This document shows positions 22,557-32,527 of a DNA stretch of 64,000 nucleotides, piece after piece. The notes under the pieces were generated by a model. The model was not told the DNA's origin and made no database searches. It saw only the letters and a program-made list of their open reading frames with translations. Source of the DNA: an uncultured virus (IMG/VR IMGVR_UViG_3300021085_000021) (lineage: Duplodnaviria > Heunggongvirae > Uroviricota > Caudoviricetes); IMG/VR virus record IMGVR_UViG_3300021085_000021; one strand, given 5' to 3'. The position numbers and the translations under genes are program-made. Each line of letters begins with the position of its first letter. Within the stretch, counting starts at the first letter, position 1.

Positions 22557-24413
22557 TTATCTTAACCTTGAATTTGTTCTGTATGATATTGAACCAGAAG
22601 AACCTGCTGTAGTAATAGTATCAACTTCAGCTGTTACATTTACTTTTGAAGAATCAATATTGAGTAACTGATTTCTTGTTGGTGCAATATCTAAACTGTT
22701 TGGTGTGACTGTAATTCTAATTGTAGTATCAGTATCAAGTGAGAAGCTATGTAATGTAATCCTTCCCTTAGATACTTCTACTTCTCCAGCATCTTTAATC
22801 ACTGTAATGTTTTCGTTATCTACAATTTTATATACAATAACTCTTCTGTTACTACTTCCTGTAATTGGAATATCTCCAAAGAAATGTGGAGTACCATTAA
22901 TGTTAAATGATGTTGATGTTAGTACAAAATCTGTTGAGCTACCTGACTCAAAGAATGGGTCAGCAAATGTTAATATAAAGTTATTCTGATTAACATTTAT
23001 TTTACCAGCAATCTCTTGATACATATAAGGACGCACTGTACTATTTAAAATAGCAGGGTCAGCTCTATCAATAAGATTTAATAACTGTGAATGCCTAAAG
23101 ACACCATCGAATTTATTTAAGTTATTAAAGTTATAATCTGATATGACATCTTTAATTAATGATTCTAAATCCACAGATGTTCTATCTGTTAAGTTTGGAT
23201 TATATTTAAAGAAGACATCCAACTCTAGATTAGTCGATTCAGGGTCGACCAACTCTGGGGTAATACTCACAATGTTCTTTCCTTTGAGAATATTATTTTT
23301 AATATCTGATTTTTCTGAATCAGTAAGAACATCAGCTGTTAATGGCTTAACAGAAACATATACCCTACCAAAATCTACAGGGTCATTATCTTCTCCTCCC
23401 CATGTAGAGATACTAGAGATATTAGAAAAGTTCTTTAATATAATAGCTCTATAATCTTGAGCAGTAACCGCTCTGTTCTGTGTAGTAAATGTTAATGGTG
23501 CGTTGAATCTAATTGATTCAGCTGTTTCCTTTTCTGTACCACCAGAAGCTTCTGAAACAGTTGATACACTATTAACAGCAAATCCGCCAACTGTATCATT
23601 CAGTGAGAAAACACTTGCTCCATTTGCATCTGAGCCATTGGTAAATATATAGTCAAGAGTGACAATATTATTATTAACAGGCTTTCTTCCGATAACACCA
23701 TCGCCAAAGAATACCTCAAAGTATTCAGATGGATTTTCTTGTAGGTAATAAACTTGTGTTACTGAGTCAACATTTAATAGCGATTCGAATCTATTATAAA
23801 CATCGTACCCTAATGAATCTTCGTTCTGTTGTACACGAACTCTTAATGTAGATGTATCGCCATCCTGTTCACCGAGTTGAAATTTCTGATTTTCAATATC
23901 ATTATCAACTCTATATAGAATAGTTTTATATGTACCTTCTACTATTTCGACATTATTAAAGGTAAACTTATTACCAACATTGTCTACAGTATAATTATTT
24001 AGTACAACAAAATCATATGACTCTCCGCCAACATTTGTTTTAAGTTTAGTTCCTCTTGGTAAAACAAGAGATGTATTATTTGCTTGTGTATTAGAATCTT
24101 CACCTGTAATATCAATTACTATATTGACTGTAGCTCTTGGTGATAGAACTGAACGAGGAGTATAACCTAATAGCTTAGCTCTTGTTACTACATTACCACG
24201 AATCTGAGCTGAATCTAAGAAAGCCTCATTTAAACTATAGTGTGCGTTGACAGCATTATAATGAGTATTATATGCCAGGACATCTAATAAAACTGATAAT
24301 CCACTTCCATCAAAATCATAATCATTATATTCTGATTGCGACTTTAGAAAGTTTTTTAGATTATCTTTTATTTGGTCGAAATCTAATTCTGTTACATTTA
24401 AGTTATTAGCCAT
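22557..24413 (-). CDS. gp6: Baseplate wedge subunit gp6
   Basis: ELDFDQIK.NLK, DYDFDGSGLSVLLDVLAYNTHY, QNRAVTAQDY. Confidence 0.92.
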   Translation of the reverse strand: MANNLNVTELDFDQIKDNLKNFLKSQSEYNDYDFDGSGLSVLLDVLAYNTHYNAVNAHYSLNEAFLDSAQIRGNVVTRAKLLGYTPRSVLSPRATVNIVIDITGEDSNTQANNTSLVLPRGTKLKTNVGGESYDFVVLNNYTVDNVGNKFTFNNVEIVEGTYKTILYRVDNDIENQKFQLGEQDGDTSTLRVRVQQNEDSLGYDVYNRFESLLNVDSVTQVYYLQENPSEYFEVFFGDGVIGRKPVNNNIVTLDYIFTNGSDANGASVFSLNDTVGGFAVNSVSTVSEASGGTEKETAESIRFNAPLTFTTQNRAVTAQDYRAIILKNFSNISSISTWGGEDNDPVDFGRVYVSVKPLTADVLTDSEKSDIKNNILKGKNIVSITPELVDPESTNLELDVFFKYNPNLTDRTSVDLESLIKDVISDYNFNNLNKFDGVFRHSQLLNLIDRADPAILNSTVRPYMYQEIAGKINVNQNNFILTFADPFFESGSSTDFVLTSTSFNINGTPHFFGDIPITGSSNRRVIVYKIVDNENITVIKDAGEVEVSKGRITLHSFSLDTDTTIRITVTPNSLDIAPTRNQLLNIDSSKVNVTAEVDTITTAGSSGSISYRTNSRLR

Positions 24414-24417
24414 GTTA

Positions 24418-24855
24418 TTACCTTAATCTTCTTAGTACAATCTCAACATCTTCTTGTCTGTCGGATTCTTTTATTAAAAACTTTATTGTTATACGATATG
24501 CATTTGAGTCTGGCATATCGATTATGTTCTGAGATAATAGACGAACTCTTGGTTCATGCTTTGCTATACTCTCAATGTTATCCTTTATTGCCAATTTGGT
24601 TACGCCATCAGCTGGTTCAAATAATAACCCACGAAGGTTTGCACCTAGGTTTGGCTGAAAGGGTCGTTCAAAGGCGTTAGTTAATATCAGATTTTTTAAC
24701 GCATTTTTTATTGCAGCATCATCTCTTAATGGTACGATATCTTTCTTAATCGGATGCTTAATCAAACGAAGGTCGAGGTCGCTAAACCCCTTTCTACGAG
24801 AATCAACTTGACTTCGTTTTTTATTTCCTATTACACTGTAATCTGATATTGCCAT
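24418..24855 (-). CDS. gp25: Baseplate wedge subunit gp25
   Basis: FSDLDL, AIKNALKNLILT..ERPF.P.LG..LR.LLFEP, HEPRV. Confidence 0.92.
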   Translation of the reverse strand: MAISDYSVIGNKKRSQVDSRRKGFSDLDLRLIKHPIKKDIVPLRDDAAIKNALKNLILTNAFERPFQPNLGANLRGLLFEPADGVTKLAIKDNIESIAKHEPRVRLLSQNIIDMPDSNAYRITIKFLIKESDRQEDVEIVLRRLR

Positions 24856-24860
24856 ATATG

Positions 24861-24868
24861 TATTTATA
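24861..24868 (-). promoter_or_regulatory. T4-type late promoter TATAAATA
   Basis: Exact consensus 5 nt before the gp25 ATG. Confidence 0.85.
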
Positions 24869-24873
24869 ATCCT

Positions 24874-25764
24874 TTATGTTGCCAATTTAGCTTTCGCTCG
24901 AGCGACTACATCTTGCGCAGCCGTAGTATAATCAGCATCTTTATGAAAGAAACTATTAGTGGTTTGTAGTAAATCAAACTTTGTTTTGATTAAACTATTA
25001 TATGATGTAAAGTCATAACCTGCTTTCTTTGCTTTCTTATTCTTTGTCTGTAATGCACGATATTGTTCTAATTTATCTTCGCCCTTAATACTATTATAGG
25101 TTGCACCACCCTCGGTATAAAGGCCGTTAACCATCTCTACGGTTGTGAGACGAAATATTTCATCAGAGGCCTTAGTTGAATTACCAACAAAGGAACCAAA
25201 ATTATTATTTGTTTCTCTTAGTAGTTCTTTCTTTGCTAGTTTATAAGCAGACTCTAATGTTGCTTTATTATATTCATAAACATCTTTATCGACTGGTTCG
25301 ACCGGAGCAGTATTCTCTTCTTTCTTTGGCTCAGGTGGAACAACTTCTGCTGGTTTACTTTCCTTTGGTTCTTCCTTAACACTACCATCAGGCTTTATTT
25401 CTACATTGGGTACCTCATCACAGATAGCGGAAACATTTATGCTAGGAGGAAAGGAGTCTAATCCAAGCTTGGATAGCAAGCCCCCTAAATCTGGTACGGC
25501 CGCACCATAGGAATTTTTTATTGTGCTAATCTTATTTAATAACTCTAAGGGATTATTAATACTGGCCAGCGCAATTAAATCTTTAGGCAGGGAAGGAATT
25601 TCTGGAAGCTCTGGTTTAAATGAATTCAGACTAGCAGAGAGTTCGGAAAGTTTACTACTAGCAGAGGAGAGCGCATCTTTACCTCCCTCGAGTAACGAAT
25701 CTAATTCCTTTGTCTTATCTTTAATACTATCTAAGTTTGCGTTATTGCCACATGGTAAACTCAT
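24874..25764 (-). CDS. Hypothetical baseplate-region protein (296 aa)
   Basis: Long ORF coupled (TAATG) to gp5. Confidence 0.75.
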   Translation of the reverse strand: MSLPCGNNANLDSIKDKTKELDSLLEGGKDALSSASSKLSELSASLNSFKPELPEIPSLPKDLIALASINNPLELLNKISTIKNSYGAAVPDLGGLLSKLGLDSFPPSINVSAICDEVPNVEIKPDGSVKEEPKESKPAEVVPPEPKKEENTAPVEPVDKDVYEYNKATLESAYKLAKKELLRETNNNFGSFVGNSTKASDEIFRLTTVEMVNGLYTEGGATYNSIKGEDKLEQYRALQTKNKKAKKAGYDFTSYNSLIKTKFDLLQTTNSFFHKDADYTTAAQDVVARAKAKLAT

Positions 25765-27125
25765 TATGTGTTAGCCTCCGGACTTGATGTTGATTGTGTT
25801 GAAGGTACCGGCGAACTAGCTCCACCACTACCAGGAACCTCGACGTGTGTATGTGCGGTATGTGTAATTGTTGCGACGGTAATCTCTCCATCGGTATATG
25901 TAATCGCAGCAGTCGGCGACGTTAGCGTATGAGTGCCATCGATATCTTCAGTCAAATTACCAGAGACGCCAAATTTAGCATTCCCTCCACTAGCGACGGC
26001 ATAGTCACTAATGCATGTTTGAGAATATTTATTACCTGAGAAAACGGAAGTATTACCATAAGCAACGAGCGACATATTTCCAGCGGTATTATTTACGTGA
26101 TTGCCAGAAACAGTTTTTAAATCATCTAATACTATGTTATGTATATTATCACCATTGACTAATAAAGAATCATTTAATCCAATATTACCTGAACGATTTC
26201 TACCTATCTCATATTCCGAGTTTCCATTAATACGAGATTGCAAGGAACCTTTTATATTCTGTGTATAATCACCTTCTACCTCTAAGTGATAGTTACCATA
26301 TACTAGTTGTCGCATATCTCCATCGCAAGTGATATTACAGTTACCTTTTATGTGAATGTTCTTAGCCCCTAATACTACCTCATAGTCATCTCCGAGAATT
26401 TTTATTTGTCTTGTACCATCCTGGTATATCTCTTCATAACTACCAGAGGCATGCATATAAAGAGTTCTCTCATAGCCTGGTGTATCATCTATCTCAACAA
26501 CATGTCCTGACTCACTTTCTGTCACCTTATTATATGGATAGGTTGGCAAGGCCCCATTATAGGGTTTCAATGGTGCCCATGAATTATTATTATAATAACT
26601 TGCTGGCTTGTTCGGAGCAACCGATGATATCTTAGGTGCCGATGCTGTGGACACTGGAGACGGGTCCGTGGTACTAGCCCTTATATCCATAGAGGTACCT
26701 TGTCCAAAATTATTATTCCTTGCACTCTTATTAACATCGGATTGGCCTTCGTACTCGCCCCGCGGGAAATCAAGACCTGTAAAGGCATCTCCCTTAGGTG
26801 CCTGAGTGCTACTATTAAAGGATGCTATACTGCCTATGATTAATGGGTCCTGAGCACTCTCGCCGTCTCTAAAGAACCCTACTACCCAACTACCTTCCAT
26901 TAAGGCATGAGGTGAATCCCCTATACCAGAAGTGCCTGAAGATGTGTTAGGCATTAATACTGTGGCCCATGGTAAATCTTCTGTAGGTAATAATCCACTA
27001 TCCTCTGAGTGATAACCAAAACATCTTACCTTAACCCTATTCATTTCTTCTGGGTCCATTCTGTCTTCTACTACGCCGGTGAACCATATAAAGGCACCAC
27101 CTATAAACATATCATCTTTAATCAT
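25764..27125 (-). CDS. gp5: Baseplate hub/spike gp5-like (OB fold plus beta-helix, no lysozyme)
   Basis: WFTGVVEDRMDP..NRVKVRCFGYH..LPWA, YPYNKV.ESESGHV.E.DDTPG.ER, V.GD/GN repeats. Confidence 0.9.
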   Translation of the reverse strand: MIKDDMFIGGAFIWFTGVVEDRMDPEEMNRVKVRCFGYHSEDSGLLPTEDLPWATVLMPNTSSGTSGIGDSPHALMEGSWVVGFFRDGESAQDPLIIGSIASFNSSTQAPKGDAFTGLDFPRGEYEGQSDVNKSARNNNFGQGTSMDIRASTTDPSPVSTASAPKISSVAPNKPASYYNNNSWAPLKPYNGALPTYPYNKVTESESGHVVEIDDTPGYERTLYMHASGSYEEIYQDGTRQIKILGDDYEVVLGAKNIHIKGNCNITCDGDMRQLVYGNYHLEVEGDYTQNIKGSLQSRINGNSEYEIGRNRSGNIGLNDSLLVNGDNIHNIVLDDLKTVSGNHVNNTAGNMSLVAYGNTSVFSGNKYSQTCISDYAVASGGNAKFGVSGNLTEDIDGTHTLTSPTAAITYTDGEITVATITHTAHTHVEVPGSGGASSPVPSTQSTSSPEANT

Positions 27126-28413
27126 ACTTCCTCTCGCTACTATCTTTTTGTATGGTCATATCCATATTATACTCATCGCCAAACATGTGAACTATCCTTG
27201 TGATTAAATGGTCACCTGACTGTTCTTTATCGATTCCAGCCCCGTCCGAGCCTTCCTCATTTCTATATACTGAGACATGCATTAGATGACCCACAGACAA
27301 TTCAAAATCGCCCGGAAGGATAACCTCTTGTTTCACATACTGAAGGTTCTCAAGGTGTGCTACGGCCTTAGAGAATTGTACATCAGCTGCACTATAATAG
27401 TTACCTAAATCATTAAACGCCTTAGAGTTCTTACTAATAAAGAATTGTTTAGACTCGTTTAGTTCATGCAGCTCCTTATCAAGTTTCTTAGTCTTTGTAA
27501 AGGGCTTATTGTCATTCAGTTTAATTAGTTTGTTCTTCTCATATGAATAGCGTATCTTATTATATGTCTTATTGGCTATATCTAGTTCATGTATAGTAGA
27601 TGCATAGGCGCCAGACCCTGTAGCCATCAGTGAAGACTTACCATAATCAGGTGATGACATCTTTGATATCATGATTCGTTCCTCTTCATAGCCCTCTGGT
27701 GTTTCCTTTTGAGTGTTCGTAAAGGCTTTGTACTGATACTTCCTTTGTTTGCTAGGTTTGACTGAGGCTAACTCCTTATAGCTTCTGAAGTGTATAGAGG
27801 ACTCTGATAGCGTTTCATAAAGGTAGAATGGTGTCCCGTCATCAAAGGACTGTCGCATGAGCCAATAGCATGCATGAACTGGTCTTAACCTAGGGAAGAT
27901 TCCTTTAACTATGCCACTATTGTTTGTACTAATGTTTAAACTGCCTTCCGGTACCTGTAGCTCATGCTTAAATAGCTTCTCTATCGTCCCTCCAAGAGTG
28001 TCTTTGAATGGCTTCGTAACTGTCTGTAATTGATTGAGATGTAGATGATGGCTATGTAGTTTGAGCACGTAAGTGTATCGTGCAGTTCCGCTCTTCTTAA
28101 AGTTGTATACTTCGCTTATATAGAAGTTATGTTTGTATGTCTTCTTGCCGTCTTTCTGGTTTCTTTGTATGTTTAGAAAAAGTTTCTCGCCACCACATAG
28201 TCCTAGCTTCTCTTGTAGGTTAAATGTATCGCCAATCTTGACTTCTGCTTCGAGAAATGGAGAGTTAATGTCTTCGATAATGTCAATCTGCGTAATGAGA
28301 TTCCTTATATCAAACTCTTTATCGTTATGGGGAAACAGGTTCGCCGCGGCAAGAAACCATGACTTAGGCGTTGAAGCATATCCCTCTGAATCTAATCGAT
28401 GTGTATCACGCAT
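27118..28413 (-). CDS. Baseplate hub protein, gp27-like
   Basis: EDINSPFL..GGEKL N-terminus, C-terminal SG..LITRIVH; position between gp53 and gp5. Confidence 0.65.
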   Translation of the reverse strand: MRDTHRLDSEGYASTPKSWFLAAANLFPHNDKEFDIRNLITQIDIIEDINSPFLEAEVKIGDTFNLQEKLGLCGGEKLFLNIQRNQKDGKKTYKHNFYISEVYNFKKSGTARYTYVLKLHSHHLHLNQLQTVTKPFKDTLGGTIEKLFKHELQVPEGSLNISTNNSGIVKGIFPRLRPVHACYWLMRQSFDDGTPFYLYETLSESSIHFRSYKELASVKPSKQRKYQYKAFTNTQKETPEGYEEERIMISKMSSPDYGKSSLMATGSGAYASTIHELDIANKTYNKIRYSYEKNKLIKLNDNKPFTKTKKLDKELHELNESKQFFISKNSKAFNDLGNYYSAADVQFSKAVAHLENLQYVKQEVILPGDFELSVGHLMHVSVYRNEEGSDGAGIDKEQSGDHLITRIVHMFGDEYNMDMTIQKDSSERKYD

Positions 28414-29200
28414 TCAAGAGTCTCTCAAACTCATCGACAAAGGCTGATATCGCTTCTGGTTTAACGATTCGTATACGACTACGTTCATCGTTTAACTCAC
28501 GAAGATGCGCGCGATTGCTTGTGTAATCCAGTTGCGCGCCGATGAAAGCCTGCTCTGAGTCAATGTTATTACGGTTAGTGACATGGCGTTGTTCTGTATC
28601 GCCAAATTGAAAGTAATGATGAGGTGCTTCTTTGTATAGAAAGACCTCTTCTGATTGAACTACGTCTTCTGTGATGCTACCTCTGACGGATTCACCTGCG
28701 ACAAACGTGCCGTTAACGTTCTTAATGATGAGTTGATTCAGGTCAATGTTCTTTTCGACTAATGTACCTGCTGCGCTCGATGTTAAGCCAGTGATTTGTT
28801 CTCCTAACTTAAACCTGCCTGACAGTGAATCAACGAATTGGTTAACTGTTCCATCAGAGTTCTTTAACAATGTAGGATGTGTATTGATTGCAAATCCGCT
28901 ATACTCAGTGTTAATATAGTCTGCTAAGACTTCTTCTGACATTGGCCAAGCTCTTGTTCCATCATGAAGAAACTCATTGACAACAAAGAATGTCCAATAA
29001 AAGTCCGGTGTACCATATAGTCTTTGTGATACTATGTCAGGTCTTTCACCGTTTTGTACTGTATAGAACTTGTAATTAGTCATATTGTCAATGAAGTTCT
29101 GCAGTGGTCGTACATTTCGAAAGATGTTAACAACACTTTGAACTGCGCCATCGGCGTATAAATCGTAATCTACCTTTGGAAATTGTTTAAAGAATGACAT
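28406..29200 (-). CDS. gp53: Baseplate wedge subunit gp53
   Basis: FFKQFPKVDY, GERPDIVSQRLYG.PDFYW LysM-like motif, NDERSRIRIVKP. Confidence 0.9.
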   Translation of the reverse strand: MSFFKQFPKVDYDLYADGAVQSVVNIFRNVRPLQNFIDNMTNYKFYTVQNGERPDIVSQRLYGTPDFYWTFFVVNEFLHDGTRAWPMSEEVLADYINTEYSGFAINTHPTLLKNSDGTVNQFVDSLSGRFKLGEQITGLTSSAAGTLVEKNIDLNQLIIKNVNGTFVAGESVRGSITEDVVQSEEVFLYKEAPHHYFQFGDTEQRHVTNRNNIDSEQAFIGAQLDYTSNRAHLRELNDERSRIRIVKPEAISAFVDEFERLLNA

Positions 29201-30015
29201 TATCCGTTACCTCCAGCAGTTGCAACACCACTTTTCTGTGGTGGATATGTTCTATTTGGTTCGATATCGCCTGGTGCAACATCATCAGCACTATATAAAT
29301 CATCTCTTGTTAACTGTCTTTGTTCCTGGAATGATAGTTCAATCGATGTATCGACAGGTGAACCATCAGCATGGAAGATATTGGATGATTCGTTATATGA
29401 AACTGTCATGCCAGTTAAATAAGAATCAAACAAATGAGGTAAGAATTCGTTGACTTCAGTACCTTTCATGAACTTAATTCGGAATACTGGAGGGTATTTG
29501 AGTATGTATTCACCCTCTTTCTTGGCATACATATACTTTCTAAAGGTGTTTTCAATCACTCGTACTACCTGTGCTTCTTCTGCTGACTCTGTTACAAGTG
29601 TAAATCCTAATGTAAATGTTCTGATTGATGACCCTTCATAGGTTAAAGTTGTGGCATTGTTAACTGCAACTCCTGCTTTTTGCATTGCTGCATCTGCTGC
29701 ACCGAATTGGTCAACACCTACTGATTTGAGTATCATTGCACCTATACCGATTGCTTCGATATCTGCTTCGTTCTTTCCTTCTTCTTTTGCCTGCTTTCTT
29801 AATGTATCTCTTTCTGTTACAGCGTTAATCATACCCAGGTCAATTGAACCAAAGTTAGCACTATCACCTAGTGAAAAGTTTGGTGGAATGTAAAGATGTA
29901 TCTTAAATAAGTTTGAGTCTAATCCATCTCCAATGATTTGAAAAGAGACATGATTTGCTGTACCATCGTCGATATCTTTTCTCAATGTTGAAGGAAATGC
30001 TATTGTATTTGCCAT
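29200..30015 (-). CDS. gp48: Baseplate tail-tube cap gp48-like
   Basis: LYIP, Y.G..IRTF.LGF, YPPVFRIKF, DGSP....LSFQE. Confidence 0.8.
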   Translation of the reverse strand: MANTIAFPSTLRKDIDDGTANHVSFQIIGDGLDSNLFKIHLYIPPNFSLGDSANFGSIDLGMINAVTERDTLRKQAKEEGKNEADIEAIGIGAMILKSVGVDQFGAADAAMQKAGVAVNNATTLTYEGSSIRTFTLGFTLVTESAEEAQVVRVIENTFRKYMYAKKEGEYILKYPPVFRIKFMKGTEVNEFLPHLFDSYLTGMTVSYNESSNIFHADGSPVDTSIELSFQEQRQLTRDDLYSADDVAPGDIEPNRTYPPQKSGVATAGGNG

Positions 30016-30025
30016 TCTTTTGTCC

Positions 30026-30033
30026 TATAAATA
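30026..30033 (+). promoter_or_regulatory. T4-type late promoter TATAAATA (towards gp4)
   Basis: Exact consensus. Confidence 0.8.
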
Positions 30034-30058
30034 ACTATGTTAAATCAACTATACAATC

Positions 30059-30066
30059 TATTTATA
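30059..30066 (-). promoter_or_regulatory. T4-type late promoter TATAAATA (towards gp48)
   Basis: Exact consensus on minus strand. Confidence 0.8.
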
Positions 30067-30076
30067 AGGTTTGGAC

Positions 30077-30520
30077 ATGAGTTATAAAGGTAAATACGCA
30101 ATAAAGAATAAGAATAAGTACATTGGTGACCCAACCAAGGTAGTATATCGTTCATTATGGGAACGTCAAACGTTTAGATGGTGTGAATCATCTCCTCGAG
30201 TTAAGAAATGGAACTCAGAAGATATCGTAATCCCCTACAAATGCAGAACTGATAACAAAATACATCGGTATTATGTCGACCTATTAGTTGAATTAGACAA
30301 TCGTGAAATCATTTTGGTAGAAATCAAACCAAAAAAGGAAACAATCCCACCTAAAAAGAGAGCTAAAACTAAAAGATATATCAATGAAGTGATGACATAC
30401 GTAAAGAATACTTCTAAATGGCAAGCTGCACAACAATATGCAGACCATAAAGGATGGAAGTTTCAGGTATGGACAGAAGAAACTTTAAAGAATCTTGGCA
30501 TCAAACTCTTGAAAAGCTAG
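30077..30520 (+). CDS. gp4: Head completion nuclease gp4
   Basis: Start at MSYKGKY; KYIGDP..VVYRSLWE, WNSE, HRYYVD, EIKP, N.SKW.AA. Confidence 0.92.
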   Translation: MSYKGKYAIKNKNKYIGDPTKVVYRSLWERQTFRWCESSPRVKKWNSEDIVIPYKCRTDNKIHRYYVDLLVELDNREIILVEIKPKKETIPPKKRAKTKRYINEVMTYVKNTSKWQAAQQYADHKGWKFQVWTEETLKNLGIKLLKS

Positions 30521-30528
30521 TATAAATA
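30521..30528 (+). promoter_or_regulatory. T4-type late promoter TATAAATA
   Basis: Exact consensus 6 nt before the gp2 ATG. Confidence 0.85.
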
Positions 30529-30534
30529 GACTAT

Positions 30535-31125
30535 ATGGCTAGTTTATTCGACACTCTACAAGCACAAGCATTCCGCGCAGGAGTTACTGCACGGACTAAA
30601 CAATCACGAGCCTGGTTTGAAAAGAAAGTTAAAGACCTAGGTAGTGTTAATAGAAAACAATTACTCGGAGATGATGCTCTTGACCCTGTTTCTACTGAAA
30701 TAGCTGGTAATATGTATATGTATTTCTATGACCCTAAGATGAAAAAGACATTACCTTATTACGATAGGTTTCCTATGACGATTATGGTTGAGGAAGCACC
30801 TAATGGATTCTACGGTTTAAACTTACATTACCTAAGACCAGACATTAGAGCTAAATTCCTTGATGAGTTAATGAAAACTGCACCAAAGAATTTAAAAGAT
30901 AAAACGCGCTTAACTAAAATGCGTTATGAATTGTTAAAAGGTGTCAGTAAGTATAAAGAGTTTAAACCCTGTTTTAAACATTACTTAACAAGTCATGTCA
31001 AATCAAAAATGGTTAGAGTACCAATGACCGAATGGGAAATTGCTGTATTCTTACCAACAGAACAATTTACTAAGTCCACTAAAACTAAAGTATGGGCTGA
31101 AAGTATTAAGATTGCTAGGAGTTAA
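30535..31125 (+). CDS. gp2: DNA end protector gp2
   Basis: MYMYFYDPK.KKTLPYYDRFP, GLNLHYL, PCFKHYL. Confidence 0.92.
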   Translation: MASLFDTLQAQAFRAGVTARTKQSRAWFEKKVKDLGSVNRKQLLGDDALDPVSTEIAGNMYMYFYDPKMKKTLPYYDRFPMTIMVEEAPNGFYGLNLHYLRPDIRAKFLDELMKTAPKNLKDKTRLTKMRYELLKGVSKYKEFKPCFKHYLTSHVKSKMVRVPMTEWEIAVFLPTEQFTKSTKTKVWAESIKIARS

Positions 31126-31127
31126 AT

Positions 31128-31778
31128 ATGTTTGGAAGTAATGGTAACATCGATACATTAAAAAGTACAATCGCCAAAAAGGGCGGAATAGCCAGGTCAA
31201 ATAGATTTAATGTAATCTTTACACCTCCTACACAATCTCTTTTAAATTTAAATCCAGAAGTATTAGTTGGTTCTTTACTTTCTGGTAATACTCCTAGTGT
31301 CAAGAATTTAATTAATGACCCTAGGGATATAGCTTTGTTATGTGATTCTGTGAATTTCCCAAGTAGAACTATTTCTACAAGTGATGTTGCACTTGACCGA
31401 CAGGTTAATCAGTTTCCATATACTATTATTGATGGCGAAGTTACAATGAGCTTTGTTTTAACCAATGATTACTATATGAAGACAATGTTTGATGGTTGGC
31501 AATCAGGTGTAATCGATGTAGATACTTTTACTGTGGGTTATAAAAACGATTATTCAACTGATGTAATAATTCAGCAATTGGATAATAATAATAAGCCAGT
31601 GTATGGCGTTAAATTAGAAAAAGCTTTTCCGACAACTGTAAACCAAATCGACCTATCTCAGGATAGTGGAGAATATGCTAAGTTATCGGTTACTTTTTCA
31701 TATGATAAATATGTTGTAGAAGGTCCGTTAAGTTCCACAGCCTCTGTGCTTGGTTCTGTTGCAGACCTACTTGGATAA
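31128..31778 (+). CDS. Tail-tube-like baseplate protein (gp54/gp19 fold)
   Basis: GGIARSNRF.V, LCDSVNFP, AFPTTV..IDLS, VTFSY. Confidence 0.75.
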   Translation: MFGSNGNIDTLKSTIAKKGGIARSNRFNVIFTPPTQSLLNLNPEVLVGSLLSGNTPSVKNLINDPRDIALLCDSVNFPSRTISTSDVALDRQVNQFPYTIIDGEVTMSFVLTNDYYMKTMFDGWQSGVIDVDTFTVGYKNDYSTDVIIQQLDNNNKPVYGVKLEKAFPTTVNQIDLSQDSGEYAKLSVTFSYDKYVVEGPLSSTASVLGSVADLLG

Positions 31779-31795
31779 TATAATAGGAGAAAATT

Positions 31796-32527
31796 ATGGC
31801 TTTGCCAGTAGTGAATGCTTCGAAATATACTACGGTTATACCTAGTACTGGAGAAGAAATTGAATTTAGACCTTTCCTTGTGAAAGAAGAAAAGGTCCTC
31901 ATGGTTGCTTTAGAATCTAAAGATAATAAACTAATTATGAGAAGCTTAAAGGATGTGTTATCAGCCTGTACATTTGATACAGTAGTAACTGATAACCTAA
32001 CGAGTTTTGACCTTGAATACTTGTTTTTACAATTAAGGTCAAAAGCTGTAGGAGAAACAGCAGATATTTCTCTAAAATGTCGTAATGATGATTGTGATGA
32101 TGTTGGTAAACATAGTATACCATTGGAAAAAATCACAATGGACATTCCTGAAAAGGACGATAAAATTGTTATGATGACTGATGATGTTGGTATTACTTTT
32201 AAATACCCATCAGTTAAACAATTAGAAAGTCTTGGTACTGAGGATTTAGATAGCCTAACCCCAGAACAAAAGATGGAATCGACAATGGGATTAATTATGG
32301 TATCAATTGATAATATTTTTGATGCCGATAATGTATATCCTGCTGATAGTGAAACAGAACAATCACTAACAGGATTTATAGATGGATTAAATGCATCACA
32401 GTTTGCAAGTATTACAGAGTGGTTCCAGGGAATGCCGGCACTATCTCACACAGTTGAATGGAAATGTAATAAATGCGATAATGATAATAAGGTAGAGTTA
32501 AGAGGCCTTCAGAATTTTTTTACTTAG
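31796..32527 (+). CDS. gp26: Baseplate hub assembly protein gp26-like
   Basis: MALP, PSTG..I.FRPFLVKEEKVL, FDLEYLFLQLRSKAVGE, C-terminal CxxC, GLQNFF. Confidence 0.9.
   Translation: MALPVVNASKYTTVIPSTGEEIEFRPFLVKEEKVLMVALESKDNKLIMRSLKDVLSACTFDTVVTDNLTSFDLEYLFLQLRSKAVGETADISLKCRNDDCDDVGKHSIPLEKITMDIPEKDDKIVMMTDDVGITFKYPSVKQLESLGTEDLDSLTPEQKMESTMGLIMVSIDNIFDADNVYPADSETEQSLTGFIDGLNASQFASITEWFQGMPALSHTVEWKCNKCDNDNKVELRGLQNFFT

Noticed and set aside
7947..23454. Plus-strand ORFs rich in Pro/Val/Ser opposite structural genes
   Set aside because: Antisense shadows of Gly/Thr-rich genes; no RBS or recognisable motifs
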